This document shows, piece after piece, positions 21,519-25,302 of a stretch of 25,302 nucleotides of DNA. The translations under genes were made by a program, and so were the position numbers. Source of the DNA: Paecilomyces variotii. Its lineage: Eukaryota. How positions within the stretch are numbered: the first letter of the stretch is position 1; each line of letters opens with the position of its first letter. The DNA is taken from the NCBI GenBank assembly GCA_004022145.1, contig RCNU01000010.1. One strand, written 5' to 3'. Below the pieces are notes generated by a model. That model was not told where the DNA came from and searched no databases. It worked only from the letters and a program-made list of their open reading frames with translations.

Positions 21519-21989
21519 CGCGTAGGCCTGCTAAAAATAGACTAGGGCTTAGCTTTACTCTATTATCTGTATCTATAGCGCATAGCAATAATAAATATTA
21601 AATTAAAATATTCTCTATATTATATATATATATATTTTAGCTATAAATTTTTTTAAACTCTATTCTTCTTCTATATAATTTTTAATTTTTATTTATTTTT
21701 AAAAAGCTTTCTATATATAGTATTACTATACAAGATTATAATAAGTTTATTATTTTATATATATTTAATTAATATTAACTATTCTATAGCTATAAGCTTA
21801 ATATATATAGATTTTAATAATCTAGCAATATATAATATATATAATCTATTTATATTTAGCTATTATTATAGTAAATATATATAATATATATATTTTATAT
21901 ATACTAATAAGTTAAAAAGAATAGGTTTAAATAGAGTTCTTAAACTATTTAGTTATCTTAAAGAATTAATAATACTCTAGAAAAAAGAG
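21519..21989. mobile_element. Unassigned RIP-degraded repeat DNA flanking the copia element
   Basis: Transition from mixed composition to strongly AT-rich, CpA/TpG/CpG-depleted, TpA-rich sequence; no motif could be decoded. Confidence 0.5.
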
Positions 21990-22184
21990 TATTAGCTTAT
22001 ATAGTAAATATAAAGTATATCTAAATATTTTCTTAATTAAAGTAATAGATTTTTATATAAAGCTTAAGAAATAGTTTCTTTAAGCTATTTAATTTTATTA
22101 AAATAAAATTATTATTAAAGACTTTTTTAAAATAAAATCTTTATTATATTAAAAACTATTAGTTTTAACTACTATTTTATAATA
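21990..22184 (-). repeat. Putative 3' LTR of the copia element (about 195 bp)
   Basis: Begins immediately after the PPT with TATT (RIP of TGTT) at 22184. The distal end is inferred from AATA (RIP of AACA) at 21990 and is uncertain. Confidence 0.45.
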
Positions 22185-25076
22185 CTCTTCCTTAATCTAG
22201 ACTTATTAAGTTAGTTAATCTTAGTTAACTTAAAAATCTTAAGAAATTTACCTTTAGCAGTAGTTTAATAAAACTATTTATTATTATATCTTATATTTTA
22301 ATAAATTTAATATTAATCTTATTCTTTTAATATAAGTTATATATATAATAATATATAATATTAATATACTTTAATCTTTTATAAGTATAAATATCTTTAA
22401 TTAATAATAATAATACTTAGTTATCTTTATAGACTTTAATTAGAGAACTAATAATAAAAGCTTATTCTTCTCTTATTATTAGTTTAAATTTATTTAGATT
22501 AATATAATATCTATATCTTATATCTCTTAAAAAAAGGGCTAATTACTAAGATTATTTTATAGCTTAATATATAGCTATATATTTAGCCTTTATAGTTAAA
22601 GTTATAATAGACTTTTATTTTTTATTTAATTAGCTTATTAAACTATTAATTAAAATAAAAATATTCCTTAAGATTAATATCTAATTAGTCTTATTTATTA
22701 TATAATTTAAATCTAAGTATTTAATAAGTTATTAGTCTTAGTTTATATTAAATTTAAGACTAAGATATATAGTTAATTATAGGTATCTTATAAAGAACTT
22801 TAATATCTTAAAGTACTTTTTAAATAGATTTAATAAATATTAATTTAATCTATTTATTATAAATATAATATTTAATTTTATTAAGATTATTAAATAGATT
22901 AAGTTATTAATAATTTTTTAATACTCTCTTTAATTTATTCTTTTATTTTAAGAGCTAAATAATTTTAGAGAGTTATATCTATTTAATAAGATATTAACTA
23001 AATATATCTTTTTTTTACTTATTTTATATTATAATAAGAAGTTTTTAATATAATAAGATTAATCTATTATTAATATTTAGTCTTACTTATTTTAAATAAT
23101 TTAAATATTAAGAATCTTCTTTACTTCTTTTAAGTCCTTTATCTTATATATTAATTTAAACTCTTATTTAAACTAATAAATACTCTTTATTTATTTTATA
23201 TTAATTAAGATATTATTAATATATATTAAAAATAAAATCTCTTTCTTTAAATATTATAATAAATATAAATTAATATTAATCTATATAAAACCTATTTTTT
23301 AAAATATTTTTATATAAGTTTAATTTTAATTTCTTATAGCTTACTTTAAACTATATAGAGATTAAAAAATTTTTAATATTATTTTTAGCAATATATTTAT
23401 TTTTAGCAGAAATATTATATAAATCTTCTCTTTTAATATTAACTTTATAAAGGTATTATTAATATTTATAATATAGTATTTATAATTCTTTATTATAATA
23501 ATAGCTAAAAATACTTATAATATATTATATTATAAAGTAAGAATAAAGATATACTTAAAATTAATATTATATTTTTAAGTAAACTCTTAGATAATAAGAT
23601 ATATCTTAAGCTTTTAAAGGGAATTATTTAAATTATATTTTATAGCTAATATTTAATAGCTAATTATAATATTAGTTTTTAATAATAATATAATTACTTT
23701 AAAAGTTCTATTTATTTAAAGTATATTTATTTTAATTTTAAATATACTTTATTATAGTTTACTTTAAGTAAAGTTATTAATTATAATATAATATAAGTTT
23801 AAGATTAAAATATATTTCTTTATTATATATATTATTATTATAATATTTAATACTTATTCTATATACTTCTCTTAATCTATATTAATACCTAGAGATAAGA
23901 GATTTAATATAAATATTGCTTAATATAATTTTTTAATATCTTATTTATTATTTAATAACTTAATTTTCTTCTTCTTATATTTTATTATATAAAGAATCTC
24001 TATATAAAATATAACTTATTTGCTTAATAGAAATAGAGAGTTTATTTATAAATCCTTATAATTATTTAAATTATTAGAATAAAGATAATTAAGTATTTTC
24101 TCTTATTCTATAATTTTATTATAGTAAAAAGTTTCTTTTTTTTTAAAAAAAATTAAAACTTCTTTATAGCTCTTCTTTTAATTATTAATATTATTCTTCT
24201 TTTTATTTAAGAGTATATATATACTTAAGATAATAGATTAAGTTACTAGTTAATCTTTTAAATTTTTTATTAATATTATATTTAATAATAATCTTTAAAG
24301 AATCTTAAGATTTAAATCTTCTTCTAATTTATTTTTAAAGAATTTAGCTTAATAAATCTTAATAGTCTTTTTTATATTTAAAGCCTAAGCTTTCTATTAT
24401 TTATTTATTCCCTTAATATATTTTATAAAAATATAGATTTTATCTTAATTTATTAATTTATTTCTCTATATATTTTATAATAGAGATTTAAGGTTTATAT
24501 ATAATATTACCTAATATCTCTATACTTTTAAATAATTAATTAATAGCTTAACTCTAGTAAAAGCTTTTTTTAAAGATATTTAAACCCTATTAATTATTAA
24601 TCTATTTAATACTTTATTTTTAATATATATATTAGTTTAAGCTATCTTTATCTATAATTTAATTAAAAGATTTAAATCTTTAAATATAGCTCTTATTTCT
24701 TTTTTAATAGTTTAATATATTTATTCTATAGCTTTATTTTATATTAATATATATAAAACTATTAGTTTATAATAAATATTAAACTATTTTTTTTAAGTTT
24801 TAAAAAGATTTTTAAGTTTTAATATATTATCTAATTATAATTATATATTAAGAATTTAAAGACTTATTATTATTTTAATCTTTTTTTTCTATTTATTTAA
24901 AATAAGGGCAGTATTAAATTTAGCTCTTATTAAAAATATTTATATTTTTCTTAAAAAATTATTTATAACTATTAAGAAATAGATATATTTATTCTTAGAC
25001 TTTAATATTTAATTATATATATTTATATAAATAAGTTTAAAAATATTAGCCTTTTATATATTAATTATTATAGTAC
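21990..25076 (-). mobile_element. RIP-inactivated Ty1/copia LTR retrotransposon (pol: integrase-RT-RNase H, PPT, 3' LTR)
   Basis: Reverting G>A/C>T changes on the minus strand restores copia motifs in copia order. Integrase: 'LELVHIDxCG' (~25010-25045), 'FL..VDNFSRK.W' (~24940-24985), 'RSDNA.EL' (~24815-24845), 'QNGAAER' (24721-24741). RT: 'KARLVARGFTQKYG.D' (~23560-23610), 'DVNNAF' (~23450-23467), 'SLYGLKQAARDW' (~23325-23361), 'YVDDI' (23209-23223, reads TAT ATT AAT AAT ATC). RNase H: 'GYSDSDY' (~22700-22722), 'SW.SKKQKSVATSTMEAEY' (~22580-22636), 'RSKHIDI' (~22357-22380), 'ADGFTKPL' (~22257-22280). PPT AAGGAAGAG at 22193-22185. Confidence 0.9.
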
Positions 25077-25302
25077 TAGTATAGAGAATTATATAAGGAG
25101 TTATATAATCTTATAAAGATATCTTTAGTATATAGCTTAATTTAAATTTAAGCTCTTTAAGCTATATCTTATTTATTAAGCCTGCCTATAATAGCTTATT
25201 CTAGTTTAAATTAGTTAAATAAAGATCTTATAGCTAGTTCTAGTATTAACTATTTTATTCTATTTATTTTAACCTATTCTTAAAGTCTATATTTTAATAC
25301 TA

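Noticed and set aside
21600..25302. Mitochondrial insertion, contamination or centromere call for the AT-rich block
   Set aside because: Dinucleotide depletion and recoverable copia motifs explain it as RIP; centromere status cannot be judged from this window.

Overview
Filamentous ascomycete (Eurotiales-like, by inference) genomic DNA with spliceosomal introns, in three zones. (1) Left accessory edge, 1-1900: the 5' end of an unannotated minus-strand gene (ATG 218, runs off the window) and a decayed small kinase-like gene (825-1555, minus). (2) Core block: an F-box/WD40 beta-TrCP/FWD-1-type gene (minus) divergent from the Cdc24/Scd1 RhoGEF gene (plus, 5 coding exons, with an unusually long 708-nt intron 3), then a class I/II PLP aminotransferase, a DLT1-like membrane protein and an Apd1-type sucrase/ferredoxin-like [2Fe-2S] protein. 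(3) About 3 kb without a recognisable gene, containing a palindrome and G-rich motif cluster and two structured elements, then an extremely AT-rich RIP-mutated block (about 21450-25302). Most of that block can be de-RIPped by eye into a minus-strand Ty1/copia LTR retrotransposon (integrase-RT-RNase H-PPT-LTR). All calls come from manual reading and translation; no searches were run.
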